A stretch of 63,360 nucleotides of DNA, filler included, from Porpidia crustulata (taxonomy: Eukaryota), in the NCBI GenBank assembly GCA_964255105.1. It is 10 parts of 10 records of this genome, joined end to end, with 100 filler letters (N's around TTAATTAATTAA, not from the genome) between each part and the next. Parts side by side here need not be neighbours in the genome. Positions count along the whole stretch, not along the records: positions 25,424 to 31,667 come from CAXUWE010001597.1; positions 31,768 to 38,010 come from CAXUWE010001598.1; positions 38,111 to 44,351 come from CAXUWE010001599.1; 7 more parts are not named here. One strand, written 5' to 3'. The translations under genes were made by a program, and so were the position numbers. Shown piece by piece: positions 25,498 through 39,013 of the stretch. Numbering within the stretch: the stretch's first letter is position 1; every line of letters begins with the position of its first letter. A model generated the notes under the pieces. That model saw only the letters and a list, made by a program, of their open reading frames with translations. It searched no databases and had not been told where the DNA came from.

Positions 25498-25730
25498 ATC
25501 CCGACAAGTGGGCGGATTCGGAGTTGAAGCGGTGGCTTGAAGTGGTGCGGGATTTCTTTCGCTTTTAATCCGTGTTTTGTGGTGCTTGCGTTTCTAGAAG
25601 CTGTCTTGGCTGATAGGTTTTCATGTTGGGGGGGTTCTAGAGGGGGCTTTTGCCGAGTGGTAGATCTTCGAGGGAGGAACTTGTGGAGCGGGTCAAGGCG
25701 AATTTGAGGCCGGCACCGAGGGGGTCGTGA
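25498..25730 (+). CDS. last two exons of a small conserved fungal protein (SAP/Ish1-like helical C-terminus); 5' part off-contig
   Basis: Exons 25498-25544 and 25641-25730 give PDKWADSELKRWLEV|RGLLPSGRSSREELVERVKANLRPAPRGS*; canonical splice sites and a GCTAAC branch site. Confidence 0.7.
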
Positions 25731-26356
25731 TGGAGGCTACGGGTAGTGGCGGATGGGTCCACTTGATTATTTGGGAAGGCGTTCAGGGAAAAGCGAATAT
25801 CACTTGAGCAAGAGAGCTATATGGAAAATAGTGATTGCATCTAATGATGAATGTCGAGGCAGTGGCTATGCATGGGATAAGCCCATCACATAAGCACTAC
25901 TCGAAAACGATTTGCTTTCGAGCACGAATACAGACGTCGATTGTGCCACTGCTTCGCATAGCAGCAGTGGTGCCTCCGCGAGGTCCACGCGAAGACGATC
26001 TTGCAGCTTTATGAAATCCATAAAAGAAACAAAGATCTAACCGAGCGGCTTGAAGATGGTGCGGAAGGCTTCAAGGAGACGTCGATCAGCCGTTGTGGAT
26101 ATTCCCGCCAGGCATTACGGACAAGACCCATCTGTTAGGAAAACAGAGTGCCAATGGGTCTCAGGATAATAACCATCGGCCATTGGGCATAAAGCTTAAC
26201 CTAGTGGTACAGATCGCGAATGGAAATAAAGCAAACGGTTAAACAAGGGCTTCAGAATTAAAAAGGAAAGCATCGATCGACCCACCAGGAGCATTGTCTA
26301 CAGGGCTTCAAGGAACAGGCTAAACCAATTCAAGATGTCTTTATGGATAGTCACCC

Positions 26357-27882
26357 TCACTTTTGGGAGCTGCTCTTTAGACGACGCTGCTCCTGCTGTC
26401 CATTAATTAATTTCATAGCGATCTGGGAATAAATAAGATGACTCACGAGCTGTGCGTAAGCTCCGTAATTCTCGTCATCTATTCCGCGCTCCAGCTGCAC
26501 CTTGGTGCTCATAAGGTCGGCCCATTCGCGCTCCAATTTGCGCTATTTAGTGCATCAACACACAGATACACCCCGAGAAATAGGTTTGTTACTTACGGCT
26601 TCATCCTCAGTACGCTGCTGCTCTGTCATATGCCTTTGGTGTGCCTGGTCGCGAATACGCTCAAGTTTCTGGAGCTCAGCCTTGAGGGACTCAATGTCGT
26701 GCTTCTTGCGCTTCATTGCTTTGGTTGGTAGAACGTCTCCAGGGCTTCCATCGGAGGAGCCCTTTTTCCGCTTGCTTCCACGCATAGCGAGCTCAGTCAG
26801 CGATGGCCTTGAGTGCCACATATTTGCCGCAGGACGCATAGGCTGAGCAAAGCCATTGCTGTCAGTACTCCCAACGTCCTCATCTACAGTTCCAACATCG
26901 TGATCAGGGGTGATGAATTGACGGTTACGAGTGCGCTTGAAGGCATCTTCTTCGGAATCATCAAGGAAAAGGCTTGGTTGGTTGATGGCGGTGAAGCCAT
27001 CACTCGAGGCGATAATGGGGATAATTCTTGTAGGGTCCATCTTTCCGGAGCTACGCAACGCATCTATAGGTTCAATTCAGTCAGAGACGAATAAAATGAT
27101 CGCATGCTGTGAATCAGCGTTGCCTACCTGTATCGCGATAAAGGAACTTGAATTTAGCCCATGCCTCCTTTCCTGGACGGGGTCGCTCCCACTTGTTACG
27201 TAAGGTCTTTCGGAGGGACTCAAGTACTCTCTCGTCACCAGAAAGCCTAGAGACGATTAATAGATGTCTTTCAGATTTTGGGGATTAGAGGCAAGACTTA
27301 CTTGATTTGGTGGGTAGGATCCACGCCAGCAGAGCCAGGCATTTCTTCCAAATCTCTCCATGTATCGACATCATCTGGGAGTGGCGTATCGTGCTTATAG
27401 GTGACGTCTCCATCGACCTTGGAAATGTGAATCTCGATCGTCCCGACGGTCGGTACGGTATCGAGCGAAAATGAAACTTCAAAGTATCAATAAGTGCATT
27501 GCCAAATTGATGGCGTAAGACTTTGATTACCTTGTCCTAGCCGAGCCACTTTCATTGCGCTTCGGTGTAGAGAACGAGCTTGCTTGAAAATACCTTCCTC
27601 GAATTCGATGTGCGTTTCGCGAAGTTTAGACTTTTGACCAATGGTGGAGACCCAAACGTTACGCAGGACGCCATCCACAATCAAGTCGACATGGTACATC
27701 AGCGAAGTCATCTCCAGGTTGCATGAAATAGTGAGAAATTGACTCGATTCGACAGGAATCCAGCATTGTGAAACTATGTCATCGCCTGGTACACCAGTGA
27801 CTTCGAATTCGGTGCACGGCGTCTTGTCAGCAAGGACCACTACCTCAGCAGAGCACTTGCTGGCATCGTCGACACAAAGCAT
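26357..27882 (-). CDS. multi-exon hypothetical protein (N-terminal beta domain resembling DUF7918-type fungal proteins, coiled-coil C-terminus)
   Basis: ORF 27487-27882 (CTEF...QCWIPVES...VDLIVDGV), MKFHFRS segment, ORF 26555-27058; terminal exons RKLEREWADL...YAQL|QEQRRLKSSSQK* with GT-AG introns. Confidence 0.65.
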
Positions 27883-28972
27883 TTTTCTCTTGGACTATTG
27901 GATTGATGTAAAAGCTGACGTATTTCAAGACAAGACGCTGAGGCGGGGTTGAGGCTCGTCAAATTGTAAAGCTGATAGCAAGTAATGTGCTCGAATGCGG
28001 TGATGTGATTTGAAGTCTTATTGGAACCCTCGAGTGAGAAGTCAAAAAGTTACAAGACTTTACAGAACTTTTTGAACGATGTGGATGAGTAGGAAGGCGA
28101 AGACTTGTAATTGGAGCAACGGCTTGTTGAAAAGCGCTCGCCTGTGATCTCGTCAAGGTGAATCTCAGCTCGAGCGGATGAATGATAGAAGTGTCGAGCA
28201 ACGTCCGGCTTACCTTATATCGTTAGTCAAAGCGAAGGGGGTGAATGAAGATGATGACTTTGGGTTTCCAGGAGGCGCGTCACATTATCTAGCTGATCGA
28301 AATCACGAATTTCAGTGGCGAACAAAGTGAGGATGTATTAGCTTGATCATGGGTGGGCTAAAGTCTAGAGTAAAATGGGTTGGTAACATAGACATGCTCT
28401 GTCAATAACCACTCATCCAATTGAGTAAGATTGCTATTGTTGATCCTGTCGACACATGTGGAGGAGACGTGCAAGCTCACTGGATTTGTAATCAGTGAAG
28501 GTCGGACTCACTGCTTATCGCATGATGGCAATACAGTCCACCCTTGGAGTTTCACTTTCTTGAATTGTCCGTCTCTTCTAATCGATAGTTGGAATATTGT
28601 GGTGTGTGAGTGTTTTGCAGCCTTACAAGGAGTCTATGCAAAGATGACTGAAAGCCACGCTTGGGCGAATTAGGCGGGAGTCCGTGGACCAAGGAAATGC
28701 TCATTTCCAATACAGAGAGCAATTTCGAGAGCGGACGCTGACTTGACTTGTCTGGTATTCTATACTGCTGAAGACACCGAGAAGACCATTGCTGATCTAA
28801 GGCGTCAGAAAAGTTTCCAGAAGGCTTTCGGGCTTTATGCTCAAAGACTCTCATCTACTCCACTTACAAGGATTGGATCAGAGTTTATCAAAACTTTTCG
28901 AGCAAGTCTGGATACGCAAGCGTACTGAGAGTCTTCACCAGCATTGCAAAGGGATAATGGTCTCAAATCTTC

Positions 28973-29557
28973 TCAAACAACGAGTCTAAAATTCTGGGCT
29001 TGAATTAACCATGCCTTCATGGTTTTCCCTTTTTTGCTTGCAGCAGTCGTAGGATTCGGAATCAGAACAAAGGTTTCGCTGAAGCCATTCAATTTCGCCA
29101 GGCGAGGCTCTCCATACTTCACGTACCCACTAACGGAGACTAACATTGACATGTTCTTTCCAGATGTGCTGGCTCCGCCTCGGTCGTTTCCAGTACCATA
29201 GCTAGGATTAATGACTTGGCTATCATAGCATTGTACTTCGTATTTTGCTTGTGGCATTTGTTCCTCGAACATCGTTTGCATCGCCACTGCGTCTGATATC
29301 GTATTACCGTTGAAGATGATATGAGGCAACGTTCTCCCGTCTGGTAGGATTGCGTGCAGAGTATAGAAAGAAGCTATCGTAGCACGAGCATTCTGCAAGG
29401 CAGCATAGTAGCCTTCTACAAGAGCTTGTGCAGCTGGAAGAATTAGTGTCCGATCACATATTCAACTTGAAATGCTGAGGAAGAATTTCTTGACCGGTCA
29501 TAATTGCACACCTTCTGTGGAGACTTTGACCGCAATATCTTCCCTTGGAGAAGCCAT
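28973..29557 (-). CDS. nxt1: NTF2-related nuclear export protein (Nxt1/p15)
   Basis: MASPREDIAVKVSTE|AAQALVEGYYAAL (intron 29434-29511), IIFNGN, VSVSGYVKYG, GFSETFVLIPN, WLIQAQNFRLVV. Confidence 0.88.
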
Positions 29558-29836
29558 TCCCTTAGGGTGTGAATCCAAAAACTAGTAATGTTCCAAGAAA
29601 ATAGGGTTGCAGCTAAGGTCTGCGGAACTTATTTGTATATTTCAGAGGGAGATGATGATCCGGTAAGATACAGCAGTACGAGGGTCCAATACATCCCTAT
29701 CGTGCCTATAAAATAAAGTACATATGCTATTCAGCCTTGGATAAGCGCCTTTCGCGCACGAAGCTCAAGAGCTTTGACCACACCTTATTCAAGTGAAGGT
29801 ATCGGTTGCCCATGCGAGCAGCATTAATCTCGATAA

Positions 29837-31667
<1,831 letters not shown>

Positions 31668-31767
31668 NNNNNNNNNNNNNNNNNNNNNNNNNNNNNNNNN
31701 NNNNNNNNNNNTTAATTAATTAANNNNNNNNNNNNNNNNNNNNNNNNNNNNNNNNNNNNNNNNNNNN
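31668..31767. other. artificial contig linker
   Basis: N44-TTAATTAATTAA-N44. Confidence 0.99.
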
Positions 31768-32752
31768 GAGGTTGGGGTTGCCGTTTTGGATCAAGAGTGT
31801 GTGGGAATGGTGGAGTTCTATAGCGAAGGTTACAAATCCTCTCATTGTTGTTACATTACTACATATTCTTAGCATATGTTCCTTTTCCCTATTTACATTG
31901 ATTGATTGGGTTAGGGTCACCTCTCTGACTATTTACTTTGTAATTGAAGAAAGCGTTCGCTGTGTAATTTGGGGAAGAAAATTCTCCGACAAAACCTTCT
32001 CTTATCTGTCTCGTCTTCTTGATCTTTTTCTTTCGCAGCTTTATCACCTCTTCTCTCTGTCGTCTCGACTTTCCTGTGAAATCTGCCTCGGTGGATTATC
32101 TTTGTTTCCGCTTCAGCGGTTTCCTACCTATACACCTTGCTAAGGTTAACTATAGAGTGACAACATCGTCCCAAATGTTTCGGATTTACACGGAGCATCG
32201 ATGATCCAGTAGACAGAAGACACAGTAGAACAATGCGTAGAGCCCAGATTGTATTGACCTTGGAGAAAGTGGAGAAAGTACGTCCTTCTATATGTCATGA
32301 AAATAGACAGGTTTGCTGAATCAGAATGCGTGCATTAGAAATGTGTCGGAGCTTGGTAGGAAGAATGTTGCTTAAGGATAGACGAGATACTGCAATGATC
32401 CTACCGTTGAAAAGAGAGAAGTCCTCAGGTTTAAATGGTGATATATTGTAATTGTACCCCTGGATGCGACGCAATATCTGTTCTGCTCTGCTCTTGACGA
32501 GCATATGTGGATAAAAGGGGTCAGGATACTTGACGAACCCACCAAACGAGTTCATTCATCTAATATCGTCCAGCCTTGTACTGTGGGTCACCGAACTCGA
32601 TGTCTGGTGAATGAGAGGTTGTTCCCTTAGGGGCTTCCATCCTATCAAGACTATCTCTTCAAAAGTCAGCAATCTTCCTCCTTATCAACACCTCACCCAT
32701 CCTCCAACCCCAACAAAACTCAACTCTTGCACTACCCAAGTACACACGGTAC

Positions 32753-33477
32753 AATGGACGCCTCTACTCCATCGAGTGCTGCTTCGTCAGCCCAAGCAAG
32801 CTCTTTCAAAGGTGAGTCCATGACCTCACTACAGACCATGAAGTGAGTCTCGAAGTGATATTAAGCTGACTTGCGTGAGGTCCAGATCAAACTGCATTGA
32901 CAGCGGCTCTTCGAACTGCTCGGCGTCCTCCACCAGACCCTCCACGCAACCGCAAAGGCGAGATCATCGTGCGTCCAGTGTATCGACCTCTGTCCGACCT
33001 CACTACGGACAGTCTTTACATTCTCACTTTTCTCGACACTGCTGTCTACACTCCCGACTTTGTTCATTGGGGGCTGTATTTGCATGGAACAAAGATACTG
33101 GCGGCATCAAATTCCACATTGAGGGGCAGGGAAACAATTGGATGGCCGAACATGGCAAAACCTAAGGCGCTTTGACCTCAAACTAGCTTGTCGGCGTCCT
33201 CCGTGTTGCTAGTATCAAAGCCAACCAGATGAACAAAGCGGAGACTATCATCCGGGAAGATAACTTTAAATTGGATACTATCAAGCCCATCAGTTGTAGC
33301 ATCTGGATCGGACGCGCCTGTGCAAGATTGAAAGATGAAGGATTGATGCATTTTGACGATTGGGAAGAGATTAGACGTGAGGTGCTGGACTTTTCAAATG
33401 GGCACTGGAACAGCGGGATGGTAAATGAACAATCAAGGCCACTCGGGTTCTCGAGAGTGTGCGGGATTCTCAACTAG
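32753..33477 (+). pseudogene. hypothetical fungal protein with HWGLY...H and C..W motifs (possible permuted papain-like fold), disrupted
   Basis: SLYILTF...VHWGLYLH, frameshift to GGIKFHIEG..W..EH, TAA 33163-33165, TAG 33184-33186, then LVGVLRVA...ISCSIWIGRACARL. Confidence 0.6.
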
Positions 33478-33677
33478 GCTTTCAGAATGGTCAGCGCAAG
33501 ATACAAATGTCTGGAAGTCACGGATTGAGGATATGCTGAAAAAGCTTAAAGGGAAAGACAGTAAACCAGGGGCCTTGGATAACACTTTTGCTGCGTTCTA
33601 TGCTGTACCTGGTTCGAGACTCGAGAAACTGCTCTTGCTTTCAGCCCTGTGACATACTTGAGGCTGTTTATCTCGAT

Positions 33678-34796
33678 CTACCAACCCCTGGAATCTCGAG
33701 TCAAGTCATGTAATGCAAGGTCGCCTTCGAGCTCTTCGGAGTATTTGCCTTCCATTAATGCCATGACAATCTCAAACCAAAATGTTCCCGGGCGTTGCCA
33801 CATCAATGTTGTAGTAAAGTCCCAATACTCCGGATACCAGCCTGCAGACTCCCAGTCTAGGATTGCTGAAAGGTGACCGTCGTATGTGACCAGTATGTTC
33901 CACGGGTTGAAGTCTCCATGTGAAAAAACAATAGTGTGTTTCATCTCATGAAAGCTTGCTGTCCTTGCTATGTCTCGCTCATAATTCGCGAACAGCTTGA
34001 CATGAGACATGCTTGCCGGAAAAATTAACTTTTTATCGAATGTTTCTTGGTCACAACATGGCCCAATAAGTTTACGAGGAACTCTGAGGCTGCGAATGCT
34101 TGTTCCCATGATAGAGCAGATGCACTTGTCTTCTTTCTTGTCACCGTCGCTGGTTCTCCGCCAGGCCCGTATTGCATCCATGTAGGTCATCAGTTCCGAT
34201 ATGATCGATACCTTTTGGTGGGGTTCAAACCAGTCCCATAGTTCCTGATAGAGCTCCACTCCAGGCATCCGAAACATTAACATGGAGAATGGCGCATGAG
34301 AGCAGTCGGCGTGTTCACCGTAGCAAAGGATATACGGTACTGGCAGGCCAGCGTCGCGCATGGCTTGCGTGGATAGACAATCCTCCAACCTCGTTCCATC
34401 TGACCATTTTAGCAGGATTCCAAAGGGGAGAGGAATGATCTGGTTGTTGAATTCGTATCCTATCCAACGACAATAGTACCGGTAGGAGAATTGTTTGAGA
34501 GCTTTGTGTGCGTAACCCCAAAATCGCCGAATGAGCCATGAAGCTGGCCTAGGTACCAATGGGAATGAAGGGGATAGGGTCTGTCTTTTGCGTGGTGTCC
34601 AACAGAATTCTGGCTGCAAAAGTTCAAGACTAAAGCGGACAGGCTTCGATGAGATTGCCCAAGAAGTGGTTCGGTGAAGAAGCCCAACGCTGTAGGAAAC
34701 AGGCTTCAATCCAAGTATCAGAACAGCAGTTGAACGCAGGATTGGTTTGAGCACCCCAAGAGCGCTCTTGATTATCTGCCGAATAAATTGAATCAT
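33678..34796 (-). CDS. aminoglycoside phosphotransferase-like (APH/choline kinase-like) protein
   Basis: Intronless ORF; GLPVPYIL, VFSHGDFNPWNILV, AILDWESAGWYPEYWD; first ATG at 34796. Confidence 0.85.
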   Translation of the reverse strand: MIQFIRQIIKSALGVLKPILRSTAVLILGLKPVSYSVGLLHRTTSWAISSKPVRFSLELLQPEFCWTPRKRQTLSPSFPLVPRPASWLIRRFWGYAHKALKQFSYRYYCRWIGYEFNNQIIPLPFGILLKWSDGTRLEDCLSTQAMRDAGLPVPYILCYGEHADCSHAPFSMLMFRMPGVELYQELWDWFEPHQKVSIISELMTYMDAIRAWRRTSDGDKKEDKCICSIMGTSIRSLRVPRKLIGPCCDQETFDKKLIFPASMSHVKLFANYERDIARTASFHEMKHTIVFSHGDFNPWNILVTYDGHLSAILDWESAGWYPEYWDFTTTLMWQRPGTFWFEIVMALMEGKYSEELEGDLALHDLTRDSRGW

Positions 34797-35049
34797 TGGG
34801 ACGTCAGGGCACTGGAGTGATTGGTTCAGAAGGCTCGTAGACCGGGAGCTGCCTGTTAATATCAATTATCTCTGGTCTCGAACACACGGTTTGCAAGATT
34901 TTTTGATAGGAAATCTTTTAACATCTGATATCCACGGTGTTCTACATTTTCTACGGGTGAAGATGTTTATTTTGATCTGTGTTGAAGTAGGTTGTCAACT
35001 TGATTATTATTATCTTATCTTAGCGTCATCACGAACCCTCTCACACTTA

Positions 35050-35062
35050 ACGCGTCCCGCGT
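35050..35062. promoter_or_regulatory. tandem MCB (MluI cell-cycle box) elements upstream of RNR1
   Basis: ACGCGT 35050-35055 plus CCGCGT 35057-35062, about 240 bp upstream of the RNR1 ATG; RNR large-subunit genes are known MBF targets in yeasts. Confidence 0.7.
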
Positions 35063-35292
35063 CAACCAAATCATAATAATACTTCTGACACTCTGCTGTC
35101 TCTCTCTTGTGGTCATTGCCTCTACATATACCTTCTCCTGACTATCTAACGATCTTACCTTCTCTCTATTGCCATACAGAATTGAAAAGCCAAGAAGCAT
35201 CTTCTTTAGTTGAACACTACTCTCAGCTACTCTGCCAACTCTCCGTCAATCATCCTTGAGGGGCTCTTTCCTTCTCGATCAGAGGGTTCAAG

Positions 35293-38010
35293 ATGTTCGT
35301 ATACAAGCGTGGTAAGTATTGCGAAATTGAGAGATTTCCTTGTCCCTCATGGACCACCATTGATTTCAATACATCCCCTTCCCCTTTCATAGAGATTACA
35401 CTCCTAGTCTAGATGGGACACCGAAAGTTGCTGATGCTTGCTTGCTTAGACAACCGTAAAGAACGCGTGCAATTCGATAAAATCACTGCGCGCGTTTCGA
35501 GGCTATGCTACGGATTGGATGCCGACCATGTCGACGCAGCAGCTATCACGCAGAAGGTCATCTCTGGCGTATACCAGGGTGTCACCACAATCGAGTTAGA
35601 CAACCTGGTGAGTGGACGGTACTATCTCAGTAAACCTTTCCTTTCGACATGCTGAGAATATCCGTTATTCAGGCTGCCGAGACAGCGGCCTACATGACTG
35701 TTACCCACCCCGACTACGCCATTCTCGCTGCTCGGATTGCAGTTTCAAATCTCCACAAACAGACCAAGAAGCAATTCTCTTCTGTAGTCGACGACCTCTT
35801 CCACTACATAAACCCGATAAACAAGAAGCCATCGCCTATGATATCCAAGATGCATCATGAAATTATCATGAAGCATGCGGAGGAGCTCAACTCCGCTATT
35901 GTGTACGATCGAGATTTCAATTATCAATACTTTGGGTTCAAGACACTTGAGCGTTCGTATTTGCTTAGAATAGATGGCAAGATTGCGGAACGCCCACAGC
36001 ATATGATCATGCGTGTTGCTGTCGGAATACATGGAGAAGACATAGAGGGAGCCATCGAAACATACAACCTCATGTCGCAGAAATTCTTCACTCATGCATC
36101 GCCGACGCTGTTCAGTGCCGGGACTCCTGACGGCCAATTAGCATCCTGCTTCTTGATCGCCATGAAAGATGACAGCATCGATGGCATTTACGATACCTTG
36201 AAAACTTGTGCTCTGATATCGAAGAATGCCGGTGGCGTTGGTTTAAGCATCCACAATATTCGTGCTACCGGATCATATATCGCAGGGACCAATGGAACTT
36301 CCAATGGTATCGTGCCAATGTTGCGTGTTTTCAACAATACTGCGAGGTATGTCGACCAGGGCGGTAACAAGCGTCCAGGGGCCTTTGCCATCTATCTAGA
36401 GCCCTGGCATGCAGATGTCTTTGAATATCTAGATCTACGAAAGAATCACGGGAAGGAGGAGGTACGAGCTCGTGACCTTTTCTTTGCCTTGTGGATACCC
36501 GATCTGTTTATGAAGCGGGTCGAGGCCAACAAGGAGTGGACCTTGATGTGTCCCAATGAGTGTCCTGGCTTGGCCGATGTCTATGGTGACGAGTTTGAGG
36601 CACTATATGAGAAGTAAGGATTTGACATTACGCTGCACGATGTTCGTTACTGACTAATTCAGATATGAAAAAGAGGGCCGTGGGCGCAAGTCAATCAAGG
36701 CACAGAAGCTATGGTATTCCATCCTTGAAGCCCAGACCGAGACTGGTAATCCTTTCATGTTGTACAAGGATGCCTGCAACAAGAAGAGCAACCAAAAGAA
36801 TCTGGGTACTATTAAGAGCTCAAATCTTTGCACTGAGATCATCGAATACACCGCACCAGACGAAGTCGCCGTCTGCAATCTAGCTTCGATGGGTCTTCCT
36901 GCATTCGTGGATGCTTCGCGTGGGGAGTATGACTTTGGCAAGCTTCACGAAGTCACGCAAGTCGTGGTACGTAATCTGAACAAGGTCATTGACGTGAATC
37001 ACTACCCAGTTGAGGAAGCGAGACGAGGAAATATGAGACATCGTCCTATTGGAGTCGGCGTTCAGGGCCTTGCAGACTGCTTCCTTGCTCTCCGGTTACC
37101 ATTCGATTCACCAGAAGCGAAACAATTAAACAAACAGATCTTTGAGACAATCTATCATGCTTCCTTGACTGCGTCATGTGAGCTTGCTAAGAAGCTAGGA
37201 TCTTATTCTTCGTACGAGGGTTCTCCAGTATCCCAAGGTATATTGCAGTATGACATGTGGAATGTTACTCCTACCGACTTGTGGGATTGGTCTTCCCTGA
37301 AATCCCAAATCGCAAAGCATGGCGTTCGAAATAGTCTGCTAGTGGCACCCATGCCTACTGCCAGTACCAGTCAGATCCTAGGCAACAATGAATGTTTCGA
37401 GCCATACACGTCGAACATCTATTCCCGTCGCGTTCTGGCAGGAGAATTCCAAGTTGTCAATCCATGGCTTTTGAAGGACCTGGTTGACATGGGCCTCTGG
37501 TCCGACAACATGAAGAATCGCATCATTGCCGATGGTGGCTCTATCCAAAACGTGCCCAACATACCTGCGGATATCAAGGCCCTCTACAAGACCGTCTGGG
37601 AGATTTCTCAAAAGAAGATTGTTGAGATGGCCGCAGATCGTGGTGCCTTCATCGACCAGTCCCAATCCCTCAACATCCATCTCAAGGAACCAACGATGGG
37701 CAAGATTACTAGTATGCACTTTGCCGGTTGGAAATTAGGTCTGAAGACAGGAATGTACTATCTCCGCACCATGGCCGCTTCTGCACCTATTCAATTCACA
37801 GTCGACCAAGAGCAATTGAAAGTAGCAGATACCAATATCGCCCGTACCCCAGGTGCCAAGAAGCGATCCCTTCCCTCAACCAGCTACTCTGCCTCTCCGC
37901 AGTACTCTGCTATACCACGTCCGATGCCTACCGTAGAGAATGGCATGCCAACCCCAACCTCCCCCCCACCCCCAACAACGGACAATAAAAAATTATTACC
38001 CCAATCAAAA
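35293..38010 (+). CDS. rnr1: ribonucleoside-diphosphate reductase large subunit; C-terminus cut by contig edge
   Basis: MFVYKR|D, ATP cone [74 protein letters not shown]. Confidence 0.97.
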
Positions 38011-38110
38011 NNNNNNNNNNNNNNNNNNNNNNNNNNNNNNNNNNNNNNNNNNNNTTAATTAATTAANNNNNNNNNNNNNNNNNNNNNNNNNNNNNNNNNN
38101 NNNNNNNNNN
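38011..38110. other. artificial contig linker
   Basis: N44-TTAATTAATTAA-N44. Confidence 0.99.
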
Positions 38111-39013
38111 CGAATGCGGAAATGAGGAGGTTGGCAGGAATCTGAGGGACTTGATGCAGTGGGTGCCGAAGCGGTGGACTGTGGGAGCTGCGGTGCACTT
38201 GTATGAGCTGTATATCAGGCCTTCGTCTCTCCTAAGTGACTATCAATAGATTAGCTTGATCTACAACCCACGAAACCTTGTGACTGCGTTTTGTGAGACA
38301 ACTCTTCAACGACGCGGAAGCGATCAGGAAGCAAATCCGCCTAAGCTGATAGAATAAGGCAGCATAGTCAAGTAGAGTTGGTGGATTGAGAGGCACGAGA
38401 GGATGACCGGAAGAGATTAATATTTGGGGTTTAGTCGTTTTGATTAGCGGCGCTCCGGCCCGCTCTATCGGGCGAACATCTCTGGATGAGTAAAGTTCAC
38501 TGCATTGACGGTGCCACTCTTAATGTCTTGGACAGTACACAGGTACCGCACGAACGCGGTATGCTTTTCGATATTAATTGGGTGTACAGTCCCAAGCAAT
38601 ACGGGGTATGATGTTGTACTGGAACGTCAATGCGAATTGTCTCATTGAGCTGGAATTAGAGACAAATAGATGGCCAGAGCGATCACTTCCAAGTTGAGAT
38701 CAACATATTTGCAGGCCTATGATGGACTATTAGACACTGTGCTCCAGTTGCTTGTCGGACCACTTAGCTGCGATGCAGTTCCTTCATGCAGTCTTCCATT
38801 GGCGAAAGATGGGGGTGCACAGCTTGATTGGCTCCAGCCATTTATCTTACCATGCAAGCTAGAATTTGGCCAACGTGTACTTGGCCATCTTGAGTGAGCT
38901 ATCTGGGTGGGGTAGATACCGTGGAATAACCTCAGATTTCTTGAGCTGTATTCATGTCCGTGGCTATTGCATCCTATTTTTCAGCTTTCTCTTGCCTTTA
39001 GTTGGTGTTCAAA

